Origin: Octopus vulgaris
Lineage: Eukaryota
NCBI GenBank assembly: GCA_951406725.2
Contig: OX597833.1
Coordinates: 44,206,001 to 44,270,000, forward strand
Direction of reading: 5' to 3'
Length of the DNA stretch: 64,000 bases
Part shown: positions 26,249 through 39,347 of the stretch, piece by piece
How the letters are laid out: every line of letters starts with the position of its first letter
Position numbering within the stretch: position 1 is the stretch's first letter
Made by a program: the position numbers and the translations under genes
The notes under the pieces: model-generated
The model's database searches: none
What the model was told of the DNA's origin: nothing
The model's input: the letters and a program-made list of their open reading frames with translations, nothing else

Positions 26249-26745
26249 GTGTGTGTCTGTGCTCATATACGCGTATATATTTTCTAATATAAATACACAA
26301 CGAACTTATTTAACAAACAGTAATAATAGAAATGTTATGTATGCTAACGTTATAGAAATGAGCATTGGTGAGATAAAATTGGGGGTAATTTCGATACAGA
26401 AGTACAATCCTGATCATCTCCATCATAAGGAAAGGCTGCCTACAGTAATGAACAAAAGAATGAGCATCTTACATTGTCTTTATTGAGGTGACAAATTTGT
26501 CCTTTCATTTAAGGTGTTTCGTTCTTATTCTGGAATGAAGAAACGATGCTTTTCCATCAATTATCGAAGTGATCCTCTGTAATACCTGTATACTTGTATA
26601 TATTGCCCTGTGTTTGACAGAACATTGATGTGCTATGTCTCTACGTAGACATTTATTTTCAAAAGGGCGCTTATAACTATCATTACTTTTAACATAACAA
26701 CTACAGTGATATCCTCTATTTGACTATTGCTAATTATACTACTAG

Positions 26746-27052
26746 TGGAGGCACATGGCCTAGTGGTTAGAGCAGTGGACTCATAGTCGAGGGATCGCGG
26801 GTTCGAATCTCAGACCGGGTGATGAGTGTGTTTATGAGCGAAACACATATGCTCCACGCGGCTCCGGCAGAAGGTAATGGCGAACTTCTGCTGACTCTTT
26901 CGCCACAACTTTCTCTCACTCTTCCCTCCTGCAACTTGCAGCTCACCTGCGACGGACCGACGTCCCATGCAGGTGGGGAACCTATACGCCAAGGAAACCG
27001 GGAAACCGGCCCTTATGAGCCAGGCGTGGCTCGAGAAGGAACAAACAACAAC
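26746..27052 (+). mobile_element. tRNA-derived SINE (tggaggcgcaatggcccagtggttag family)
   Basis: A box tggcctagtgg, B box ggttcgaatc, (AAC)n tail; relatives at 29404-29790 and 45502-45812. Confidence 0.8.
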
Positions 27053-27949
27053 AATTATACTACTATCTCTATGATATTACTGTCATTATTATAATATAAT
27101 TAACAGTTATTATTACAGTTCCTACTATTATTATTACAACAATTATTAATGTGCTTAGAGTGGGTACAATCGTTAGCACGTCTGAACAAATTCTCGGTCA
27201 TGTCGTATGTTCTGAGATCAAATACCACCAAGGTCGACTTTGTCTTTCACCATTTCGATGTCGGTAAAGTAACTATTGATTGAGCACTGGGATCGTTTTA
27301 ATTGTCTAAGCCTCATCCACAAAATGCTTGACATTAGTCCCGTTGTAGAAAGGACCATTACTATCACTGTTAACGTTATTACTATTACTGGTACTACTAC
27401 CAAATCTAACGTCTGATTTACCTTCAATAGCTGTGTTGTTGTCACTTCAGGAAATTGTTCGTGTCTCGCACCTTATGTACCCGTACCTTGAGTCCTGGTC
27501 TATGTGCAGCCTCTGGGCATATACGTTGCAGACATATAAATACTTGTAAATCGTTTGATTTATGGAACGGTGTACATAATCCTACATTGAATCTTGATAT
27601 ATCTAGAAAATCAGCTGATCTCTAATCTGCTTCTATTGTGATTGATAGACCATGATTTCGAAAGAGTTTAAATAATATTTTCCAATACATTTCTACTTCT
27701 GCTACACTACACCTATAAACAGAAAAGAGATTGTCATTCCCCTATATACTTTCACTAACATAGGAAAAACTGATTCTAGTTGGAAAAAGATAGATACAAT
27801 GTACTTGCCTATAGGTGAAAATATGTACGTGTATGTACACATATATATTGCACGCGCACACACAAACAAACACACACACATTCATATAATATGTTTTCAA
27901 TATCAGAAATCAATGAGCCGTAACTGGAGAAAGCACTCAATATATGCTG

Positions 27950-28030
27950 TTGAATCAAATATTTATTTCCGGAAAATGTGATTTGACTGCGACATGTAAG
28001 TTTTGCAGAAGGGGTTCATCAGTTAGTAAC
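27950..28030 (-). other. Probable non-coding 3'UTR exon of the minus-strand Ig gene; AATAAA at 27967-27962
   Basis: cttttttgcag|GTTA acceptor; donor G|GTTAGT at 30107/30106, 36 nt after the stop; same layout in paralog A. Confidence 0.5.
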
Positions 28031-28081
28031 CTGCAAAAAAGGGAAGCGTTTTCAATTTAGAAAGTATGTATGTATTTTTCT

Positions 28082-29998
28082 TCATCCCGCAAGTCGTCCA
28101 ACAAAACTCTCCTCACCAAGCAAGCCTGGTAGGGTTGCAAGTTTAGTCGCCGACGATTCGACCATGCGACACGTTGTGCTGGATTGCATGTTACCAGTAG
28201 CACTCAAGACCGACCTGTTTAAGCAGAAAAATAAATATAAAACCACCTGGATGCACCCAAGATCTAAGCACTGGCATCTCATAAATTATATTCTGATCAG
28301 GAGAACGTGGTATGAAATACGTTTCTAGCGTTCGTGTCATGAGAGGGGCAGAGAGCTGGACTGACCATCATCTAGTGCGTGGAAAAATTGATTTTTCGAT
28401 AATGCCTAAAAATCGACAGTCTGGTCCTAAAGTATCCAAAATGTTAAATGTTGCAAAATTTAAATTATCAAGCAACTTGCAAAGATTCCACAATACTATA
28501 ATAGAAACAATCTATGGAAGACTTCAAAACAAAATTATTTCAGGCTGCAAATCCGTCAGTGGGATTTAATCTCATAAATCCAGTGACTGGTTCTCAGATC
28601 AGCAGAAATTCATGATCTACTGTCAGAAAAACAAAACTTAGGCAATACACTTCTTTCTCAGTTCTTGAACCCCAACTCAAACGAAACTTACAGAAAGATG
28701 TAAAGGAAGGTGTAGATTGCTCTAAGGAAAATTAAACAGAAATGGTGAAATGCTAGAACAAAAGGGCACAAGGAGCAGCTGATAGAAATGATGCCAAGGG
28801 TTTGTACTTTCATGTTAAGGCGGTATATGGCCCAAAATCTTCTTCAATAGCTCCAGTGAGAACAGAAAATGTTTTTCTTCTGACTGATATCGCTTCTATT
28901 CATAAGCACTGGGTAGAACATTTTTCTGCACTTTTGAATTGACCGTCATCTGCTGACATGAGGACGATAGAAAAAATTGAACATCTTCCAGTTATAGAAG
29001 AGATGGCATTTGAACCAACTCTAAATGACATTTATTTAGCTGTGACTAAGCTAAATAACAATAAGTCTCCAGTGTCTGATGGAATCTGTGCAGAAATCTT
29101 GAAATATGGGGGTGATAAAATGTTTGAACTCTTAAATATATAAATTTGTCACTGTTGGAGAACTGAGAAAGGTCCTCCAGACTGGACTGATGCCATTTTA
29201 GTCTCTTTGTATAAATCGGGTCCAAAGGATCTGTGTGGGAAACTTCGTGGGATTTCGCTTTTGGCTGTGGTTGGAAAGGTACTTGCCCACATTTTGTTAG
29301 AACGTTTAAATACCTTTATAGTTCCAAGTATAGTGTCTGAGTCTCAGTGTGGTTTTCGTTCCTCTAGGGTCACAGCTGATTGTATCTTTACTGTCAGACA
29401 ATTGGAAGCACTCCGTCGGTTACGACGACGAGGGTTCCGGTTGATCCGAATCAACGGAACAGCCTGCTCGTGAAATTAACGTGTAAGTGGCTGAGCACTC
29501 CACAGACACGTGTACCCTTGACGTAGTTCTCGGGGATATTCAGCGTGACACAGAGAGTGACAAGGCCGGCCCTTTGAAATACAAGGTACAACAGAAACAG
29601 GAAGTAAGAGTAAGAGAAAGTTGTGGTGAAAGAGTACAGCAGGGATCACCACCATCCCCTGCCGGAGCCTCGTGGAGCTTTAGGTGTTTTCGCTCAATAA
29701 ACACTCACAACGCCCGGTCTGGGAATCGAAACCGCGATCCTATGACCGCGAGTCCGCTGCCCTAACCACTGGGCCATTGCGCCTCCACTATGTCAGACAA
29801 TTACAAGTGCATTGAACAGAATCTTGATCTATAACATTGCTTTGTTGATTTGAGCAAAGCATTCGATACTGATAATCGAAATGCTCTGTGGTTAATTCTA
29901 AGGAAAATAGGTTGCCCAGAAAAATAAACAAGGTCAGGGCTTTCCATGAAGATATGAAGGCTAGAGTTAATTTTGGTGGTAGGCTCTCTGAATCTTTT
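28082..29998 (+). mobile_element. Degenerate RTE LINE with inverted 5' piece (28082-28217), SINE insertion and 3' deletion
   Basis: TTWMHPRSKHWHL, TDHHLV, DGICAEILKYGG, RGISLL, ESQCGFR motifs. Confidence 0.85.
29404..29790 (-). mobile_element. Young tRNA-derived SINE with 12-bp TSD tgtcagacaatt
   Basis: TSDs at 29392-29403 and 29791-29802; empty site at about 23978-23989 in the duplicated arm. Confidence 0.93.
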
Positions 29999-30142
29999 TA
30001 AAAAAGGCAATGTAGTAAGCACAAATTAAGCAGAAACTAAATCAATAAGATTTTATACAAGGATAACAAAATCACAAGAAAACAAAATGAAAAATATTTT
30101 ACTAACCAGGTTGATTCTGTTTCTTTATATTTTTCGAGATCC

Positions 30143-30222
30143 TTAACGCAAATTGCTAATAAAAAGCATGTATGTTGCAAATGTTACAATCTTAGTCATA
30201 ATATTTGCATTATACAATTTTT
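30143..30222 (-). CDS. Exon 5 (last coding) of Ig-Ig gene: (E)KLYNANIMTKIVTFATYMLFISNLR*
   Basis: ctctgttacag acceptor; phase 1; length and stop position conserved with 3377-3456. Confidence 0.72.
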
Positions 30223-31611
30223 CTGTAACAGAGAGAGAAAATATATTTCATTCTAATTTTGATACAAGGGCAGAAAGTTTGGAGGAGGGAAATCCATTAC
30301 GTCGACTCCAGTAATCAACATTTACTTATTTTATCGACCCCGAAAAGATGAAAGAGAAAGTCAAGCCGGACAAAATGCCGCTAAGCATTTTTCCGGCGTG
30401 CACACGATTCTGCCAGCTCGCCGCCACAGAAAACATAATCAAGGACATTGGGAATTTACCTAAACATGTGTAAGCAATGAAAAACAAAAACTATAACAAC
30501 AGGAAAATTATAGCAACAAATTTCCCTACCAGAGGGAAATGCATCCAGAGGCAACCAAGTAACCCACAGATCCTGAGTCACCCTGTTCACCAATATTGTC
30601 ATGGTAAATGCTTCTCTCTCCGCCGTGCTTCTCAAACTACAAGCTCACGCTTAGTCTAGAGCAATTCATCCACTGTCCAACGAATTTACTTGGAGGAAGC
30701 ACCTCCTTATGCATGCTTATTTTCGTTTCTAACTGGAACTTGAAAAGTCATGAGAGTTTATCACACGATCACTTTTCGCCATGACCTCCTGGTAGATGTA
30801 ATAAACGAAAAGTGACAGGGCGATTTTCATTATATAAAATATAACCGGATCCATCTGGCAAATGATTGCGGCTGCTCAACGTAAATCTTCAAGACAGCGA
30901 CGCTCAAGAATTGTACGATCGATTAAAGGACACTTTTATGGCACTGTGTGCTCTTGAGCGGATGTGGCTAAAGGCAATGCCACGCTTGTAGGCTTTACCC
31001 CGTATCGGCAGTGTATTACAATATCACTGCCAGGCGAAGGATTTTTAGAATTAAATCATAGACTCCGGCTCGGAAATTCTTCGGACAGAACAAGTGTATT
31101 GTTTTTCCTACGCGCTCAGAGTTCCCTCGACGACGTCGTTGCTCTTATTCCCCAGTAATCATTTATAGTTTGGCTTGGTTACACGCAGTATATAACGTAG
31201 TATAACGTTTTCGCCGTTGTTGGCCCAGACCATGTTAAACTTGACAACACTGCCTGGAGAACTGTGTTAAGTGATATTTTAACAAAACTTTACTTACTCG
31301 TGGATAGAATTTTATGCCGAAATATGTTCGGATGTCGATTGTTTGCTTCGTATTTCTCGGTGGAATTTGTTCAATAAACTTTTGAATCTTACGAAAACTT
31401 TTATTTCTGTGATTTTCAGAATTATGTTACGTATAACAAAAAAAAATCTGACTCAAGTCGCAATGTTGTCATGTGAGATGAACTTGATTGTTGTAGCTTG
31501 GGGACGTATGGCTCGGGACCAATCCCTGGGTAAATGTCTTCTAAAGTAGTACAAGAATATCCAACGACTTGTAAGTGAATTTGCCAGACAGAAACTGTGC
31601 AGAATCCCGTC

Positions 31612-31654
<43 letters not shown>

Positions 31655-33103
31655 GATCACGGAGATGTACTTGCATAGCAAGTGATTTGATCTGAGATCG
31701 TGTGCTGAAACGAAAAACAATTGCAACGTGGAAGGTGTTTGTAAGCCATTTAAGAAACACACAAAAGCCGTTCGATTCCCTTCAACATTTAAGTTTAATT
31801 TGTCAAAATATTTTCGTCGCTGTAAGACCGCTAACTGTTTACTGACAAAAATCCGTGCTACAACTTGAATGTTGAAGTGAATCGAACGGCTTTTGTGTGT
31901 TTCTTAAATGGCTTACAAACACCTTCCACCTTGCAATTGTTTATATATAGGGAGAATTCACGAAAAAAACAAAAGACGAAGACAGATGGTGTAGAAAACA
32001 AACAGATGTATTAGTATAACGCTCGGGAATTGAAAAAGTATTTTACGTTTCGAGCCTACGCTCTTCCACAGAAAGAAACAAGGAGAGAAAAAAATGTGTA
32101 TAGTGGCTACCGATCTATATGGTACTTTTATATAGGCTAAAAGCCTACGCCAATAGCCGTGCAATGACTAAGAAAAATAGTATAATAACAGGGAATATAA
32201 GTCCTCGACAGAAAAAGGCTTTCCTATCCATGCGTAAACGTAACACACATAGTCGCATTAACAAAGGGATGTGGGTTCGAGTCCCACGCGGACAGCAAAG
32301 CCTTCTTTTTTCTGTCGAGGGCTTATATGTCCCGTTATTAGACTATTTTCCTTAGTTATTGCACGGTGATCGCCAGAAGCTTTAAGCTTATATAAAAATG
32401 CCATTATTATTATTTACAGAATTGTAAAATACTGCACCGTAGAGCAGAACCGTATAGCAGTGATCAAGCATATGGGTGTCCACATAGTGGTCTCCCTCTA
32501 ATATATATATAATACAGTTTTACTGAACCTTCAGTTTTTTTATGCTAGACCACTGGTGTGAAATCGATGTTAATTAAATTTATATCTAATTTCTCATCTT
32601 CATTTTAAATTTAAAATTAAATTAATAAGTTCTTTAACCGGCAAAGGCCACTGTAGTAAGGTGTTATTTGCAGCATCAGTTTTTCCGTTAATTTAGCGCG
32701 CCAAGACGAGGACATTTGAAATAGTAGCCACGAGTGTAATGGGTAGGACTGTTTTACAAGTGTGAATTTTTATGGACGTCCTAGTATGCAGTCCTGCAAA
32801 TTATATTCACTTTGGACGGTCGTACCGATGATCTATGGATATTACGTAAGTTACGTAAGAAAGATTGCGTGTGTGTGTGTCTGTGCTCATATACGCGTAT
32901 ATATTTTCTAATATAAATACACAATATAAATACATGTTGATAGTGAAACATGTATACGAATAATCCATATTTTTATTACTTTTTCTTTTGTCTTGCTCAA
33001 TTACGTTTTGGTTGTTTTTGCTAGTTTTCTTGAGAACATTTCTTGGTGGTGAGACCGTAGCGGATCTATTTCTAGCATATGGGTGTCCACATAGTGGTTT
33101 CCC

Positions 33104-33187
<84 letters not shown>

Positions 33188-33878
33188 TTATATACATATA
33201 TATACATATATGTATATAAGAGAAGAAAATGGATATAATAACAATGGGAAACTCGTGGATTCCGCTGGCATGTCTTTAATCAAATAGGTAACAAAGAAGT
33301 AAGAAGCAGATATGAGGGTGGCATTTACGATCGTTTTGATTTACTGGAGTAAGTAAATCTCTCCAGAATGGGAGTATTGATAGATGCATCGGTTAGGATG
33401 CGAAAATGATTGATACATATGTAATAGTAATATAAACAAATTTGGTAATTCTTACATTGAAATTTTGTTCTTGCACTGGTAAATTCGCTGGGTAGAGGTT
33501 TGCTTGTGGTAGATTGGTTAGTTTCGTTGGTTAATTAGGGCGGGGTGAGTATTATTTAGGCGCGGGCTACCTCGTTTAATTAAGCACATTTTTCTCACGT
33601 CTTCCTCTAGTATTTCAGATTTTGACACCGGCAGTGTAGGTGAAGGGGAGTAACTCTAGCAGGGTGAAAAGGGACCTCTAACATAGGAAAAACTTATTCT
33701 AGTTGGAAAAAGATAGATACAATGTACTTACCTATAGGTGAAAATATGTACGTGTATGTACACATATATATTGCACGCGCACAAACAAACAAACACACAC
33801 ACATTCATATAATATGTTTTCAATATCAGAAATCAATGAGCAGTAACTGGAGAAAGTACTCAATATATGGTATTGAAT

Positions 33879-33927
<49 letters not shown>

Positions 33928-34634
33928 TCTTTACTCTTTTACTCTTTTCCTTGTTTCAGTCATTTGACTGCGGCCATGCTGTAGCACTGCCTTTAGTCGA
34001 GCAAATCGACCCCGGGACTTATTCTTTTAAGCCCAGTACTTATTCAATCGGTCACTTTTGCCGAACCGCTAAGTGACGGGGACGTGAACACACCAGCATC
34101 GGTTGTCAAGCAATGCTAGAGGGACAAACACAGACAAACATACACACACACACATATACATATATACATATATACGACAGGCTTCTTTCGGTTTCCGTCT
34201 ACCAAATCCACTCACAAGGCTTTGGTCGGCCCGAGGCTATAGCAGAAGGCACTTACCCAAGATGCCACGCAGTGGGACTGAACCCGGAACCATGTGGTTG
34301 GTTAGCAAGCTACTTACCACAGAGCCCCCCCCCCCTATACAACATATATATATGTGTGCGCGTGTGTGTGTGTGGTATGTGTGTGAGAGAGAGAGCGAGT
34401 ATATATGTGTATATGTATATATGTGAATATATTTCAGTGTTAGTCCACGACCATCACTGGAGAACCAGTGTTGGTTTGTTTACGCACCCACAACATATCA
34501 CTTCGGACATGGTGACTGATATAATAAGTACTGGTGTCAATTTGTTCGACGAAAACCCTATTAGAGAAAGGCTTAGCATGGCCACAGTTCAATAACTGAA
34601 AAAAAAAGCAAATGTCAAAAGATAAAAAATATAC

Positions 34635-34673
34635 CTGCATTAGCTGTTTCCCAGAGTTGTCTCTGCTCGCTTA
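34635..34673 (-). CDS. Exon 4 (39-nt linker): (V)SEQRQLWETANA
   Basis: tttatttccag|TA...GCAG|gtatat; homologous to 1951-1983. Confidence 0.72.
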
Positions 34674-35388
34674 CTGGAAATAAAAATTAAAAACAAAATA
34701 TGTAGAAACATGATATTTAATGTTTTATCTTAGATTCCAATGGAAAGCGAAATCAAAGCAAAATGTGTGCGTATGTATATATGCGCGCGCCCGTGTGTGT
34801 GTGTGAGCAGATCTACTATCGAGAAGTATTATAAAAATTCGAACTTGAGCTGAAATTCAATCGATAATTTCTGTTGTGCTCTTTTATATACATCTTTGAT
34901 ACTTGCATTGAAAGAAATTTTCTTCGTAGAATCTTATTAGTGATGCAAACAACCCTGTAGTCGTCAAAATTGATAATCCTTTCTTCATTGCCAGGAACTA
35001 GCCAATGGATCCAAGAACTCTCTTTCTCTACCACAACCACAATGCACAGAAACAGTGAGAGTGATGAATGAGAACAGTAATAGCAGGAACCAAACAAATA
35101 AGAAATCACTCTTCACTGTAATATTAAGGGAACTAAATATTGGCCAATGCAGACGTTTTCAAACAAATATAGAAAAATGAAACCCTGCAATAAAAACAAT
35201 TAAAAAGACCTCAAAAAGTCGAAAAGCACACTACCCATGAACAGAAGACGGTCTTCTCTGGCGTGCCAATCTCCTTTGGAAGAAGTTATGTACCGCAAAG
35301 AAAACGTGACGAGTGTGAAAAACCACTCGCTTCATGTGAGAGACGAAAGACTGTGTATATGTATATATGTATATATACATATATATGC

Positions 35389-35426
<38 letters not shown>

Positions 35427-35900
35427 ATTATATATACATGTACGGGCTGCGAGCTGGCAGAAATATTAGCACGCCGGGCGAAATGCTAAGCGGTATTTCG
35501 TCTGTCTTTATGTTCTGAGTTCATATTCCGCCGAGGTCGACTTTGCATTTCATTCTTTCGGGGTCGGTAAATTAAGTACCAGTTGCGTACTGGGATCGAT
35601 CTAATAGACTGGCCCCCTCCCCTAAAATTTCGGGCCTTGTGCCTAGAGAAGAAAAGATTATATTGAAATACGAAGTTACCAAACAATAAATAGTGTGTGT
35701 GAATTTAATATATATACATGCGTGTGTGAATCTATTATATACACGTGTGTGTGTGAGTTCTCTTCTGTTTTTACTTATTTAAATTCTTACAGATTTTTAT
35801 ATTCATAATGTGCAAGATAATTGGGGGGTTTTTTCTGAAAACCCTAACTTATCCAGTTTGTCAATTAGGTATTAACTCACAAAACCAAGTGCACCAATTA

Positions 35901-38007
35901 CACTGATCAACAGCCAATTTTCATCAGGGATATTATATGGTGTTTTATGTGTAGTTTTGTCCTCAGATTTCAAAAATGTAATCGGTTTCCTTCTATTAGG
36001 CACAGTTTTCTGATGAGATAAGAGAGGTATATGACTCCCATCAGCAGTATCGCTATACATAAACGTCTTATACAGGTAAATTCTATGTCAAGGCATTGCA
36101 AGAACAGTCCTGATCTATTTTGTCATGTCTGTGGTTCTTTTACCAGCAAAGCTCAGCAACGTACCATCACAAGTGAAAACAAGAAGATCCACCAGTTATA
36201 TTTTGGCTGCTCTCTCGGGGATCAAGATAAGAGTTGGGTCCCACACATCATCTGCTCAGCTTGTTCAAATGGACTAAGGGATTGGCTAAATAAGAGGAAG
36301 AGAGCAATGCCGTTTGCAATACTTATGATATGGAGAGAGCCAAAGGATCATTTCATGGACTGTTATTTCTACAACGTTAATAATGTATGTGGGTTTGCTG
36401 TAAAGACTAAGCATAAGATTGTGTATCCCAACTTGGAATCAGCAAGAGGACTAGTATCACACAACGATGATGATCTTCTTATTCCAATACCACCTGAAAA
36501 TATCCTTCAGATGTCTGATGACGATGTATTTCCTGAAGAAAATACTACTGCTGTGGAAGAGACCGAAGTGGATGCAGATTTCACGATTGAAAATGAAGAC
36601 GTACCACAGAAATTTTCTCAAGGAGAGTTAAATGATTTAGTTAGAGACTTGTCATTGTGGAAGGATAAAGTTGAACTCGCCTACAAGAAAAGTGTCTACT
36701 TAAGAAAGATGTTTGTATTACTCATTTCAGGAAGGGAAATAAGGATCTGACTTCATGCTTCTCTGTTGATGGACCACTTTGTTTCAGTAATAACACTGAT
36801 GAGTTATTTCGCTGTTTGTTCCAAGAGTATGTTCCAGCTGAATGGCGCTTATCTATTGATTGATCTAAGAGAAACCTCAAGGCAGTACTACTACTCACGG
36901 CAATAAGAAGCCATCCATTCACATAGGACATTCAGTGCACATGAAGGAGTTATGAAAACATGCAAGTACTCTTCAATGCCATAAAGTATACAAACTACGG
37001 CTGGAAAATATGTGGAGACTTGAAGGTGATTGGAATATTGTTGCTTTTCATGCCTATGGGACAGTCGTGTAAGTAACAAGCACTATGTGCAATCAGAGTG
37101 GCCTTTGCTAAAATCATATGAGCCAGGAGTTTCTAACGTCCAGAGTAAGCCACTTTTAAACCTAGAAAATGTTCTTCTTTCCCCTCTTCACATAAAGCTT
37201 GGCCTTATGAAACAATTCGTGAAGACACTCTCCAGGAAAAGCTCAAAAGGTTTTGAATATGTGAAGGCCAAATTTCCAAAGATCACCAAGGCAAAACTGA
37301 AGGAGGGCGTATTCCTCGGTCCCCATATAAAAGAACACCTGAAGGACAACCACTTCCTTACAGCACTGGATGAGATTGAGCTTAAAGCTTGGGAATCCTT
37401 CAAATGGCTCTGTGAAAATTACCTAGGCAACAAGGGATCTCTAGAGTTTAGAAATGGAGTGAAATGTCTTCTAAACTCCTACGCTGCAATGGGCTGTTGG
37501 ATGTCACTAAAAGTCCATTTCCTTGATTCACATCTGGTCTTTTTTTGCAGAGAACCTTGGAGCAGTGTCTGATGAGCAAGGGGAACGCTTTCATCAAGAT
37601 ATTGCATCGATGAACGACGATATCAAGGATTTTGTAATGCAGGAATGTTAGCTGACTACTGTTGGATGTTACTCAAGGATGAACCTGAGACAAAACACCA
37701 TAGAAAGTCCAAATCCCAAAGATTTTAAGTTGTTATGCATTTAAGTGTATTCTAACTTATTTGTACACAATAATTTTAATTTTGTACAATAAAAAGCCAT
37801 GAAATTATCGTATCTTGTATTCAATATACTTTATATAGACATGCTTTACGTATCCTATAAGTTAAATCAGCAGGTATCATTAACATGAAAATGTGACCTG
37901 ATAGAGGAAATCGGACTTCACATTTGTAATCAGCATAAAAAAATTAACCCAGAAAAGTCAATCAGCAACTCTGATGATTAAAAGAAGTTTCATTTTGTTG
38001 ACCAGTG
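35901..38007 (+). mobile_element. Chapaev3 (CMC superfamily) DNA transposon, full-length with disrupted transposase
   Basis: TTA|CACTGatcaaca ... tgttgacCAGTG|TTA; FCHVCG, WREPKDH, CLWDSR, PLHIKLGLMKQFVK, HFLDSH, SDEQGERFHQDI motifs. Confidence 0.85.
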
Positions 38008-38039
38008 TTATTATTGGTAGAAATGCGAATCTTTATATG

Positions 38040-38400
38040 TAAGCTGGCTTTTTCGGAGCACTTGTCCATAGTTATCCCTATTCTCTTTCATTTTCAAAAA
38101 AGATATTCACATGAGCAGGTCAGCTGACCTCTTCTACGGTAAATACTTTTTGTTGTCTGTCCCAAACAACAATATCTGGCCTGTTACTTTTACAATTGAC
38201 AGATGTTTTGATGGGAATATTCCACCAGTATTCCTTGTGTTGATCATTGTCTATATAATCAATAAGAGTGAGATTCACTATGTTACAAGAGTCTTTTCTT
38301 TTTGAATGACCATTGTATATTATTTTTGCGACAATATCGTGTTTCATGAGGGTGGAGTAATGCTTTGATAATATTTTTGGCAGTTGTTAACGACAGCTAA
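38040..38400 (-). mobile_element. Old R4/Dong-like RLE fragment
   Basis: KHDIVAKII...WWNIPIKT..NRPDIVVWD. Confidence 0.65.
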
Positions 38401-39041
38401 TTACACACTATACTACGTCGGCCTGTATCCCTGAAAATATGGTTTGAAAAACCTGTTTGTGTATTTTAGAATACAATATATAAATGCCCACATACATATG
38501 CAATACCTGAATCTTTCTAACAAAAGAACAGAAAACTATACAAAGCGTTCATTTACTCGGATATACAGATTGGTTGCTAAAAAAATAAGAAAACTTGACG
38601 TTTATTCTTTACCTTAAATAGATCTTCTGTAAATATAAATCAGCATTTCACGAACTTTTCGCTGTTCTAACGACTACCCCGTACACGAAAAGCCATCCGC
38701 TTCCACACAATGACACATGTATGAACACATATAATAAAAATATAGATGAATACAAATGCATTGAGACGTAACAGTAATTAACATATACGTATCAGGAAAC
38801 CTCTTCAAGGCATTTCGGGTTGCGAGAAAAAGCAGTGAAATCTCCTTTGTTTCATATATGCTGTCTTAAAAGTAATTTTACTATGCCTTAGAAACAGTCG
38901 TGATTGTCACAGTTGAAATGTCTTTGAGTACAGGTCTGCCCCATCGGATCTATCATCAAAACTTGAGATTAAATAGCAGCAAAAACAAGAAGAAGAAATA
39001 AAAGTGTTAATGAAGGCAACACAAAAAAAAAACTTGCTTAC

Positions 39042-39347
39042 CTGTTGATTTGATGAGTAGTTTAGTGAGTGTTTCGCCGTTCAGAAAACATGTGATGTTT
39101 GTGAAATCGATGTCCGTGTGTTTTACAGTATAATTATGAAATGACACTACTGGACTTAAACAGTCGCGAGTAGGTCTAGTTTCTATTTTCTGTATATGCA
39201 TATGTGTACCACGATATCCTCTTTCAAACCATAAAATGTCATTGATACCCGTAGGTGCAGCGATATATGCTACACATCTGAAGACCAGCGTCTTGTTCAC
39301 TTCAATAGGTAGGTTAAGCACGTCCAGACTTTTCAAGAAAGATCTCG
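39042..39347 (-). CDS. Exon 3: second Ig-like domain (306 nt, phase 1-1)
   Basis: acttttcag|CG...ACAG|gtaagc; VFRC-x14-W...D..ITC; N-glycosylation sequons NKT, NYT, NIT. Confidence 0.85.

Noticed and set aside
26746-26820. tRNA gene
   Set aside because: The tRNA-like head continues into a SINE body with several dispersed copies.
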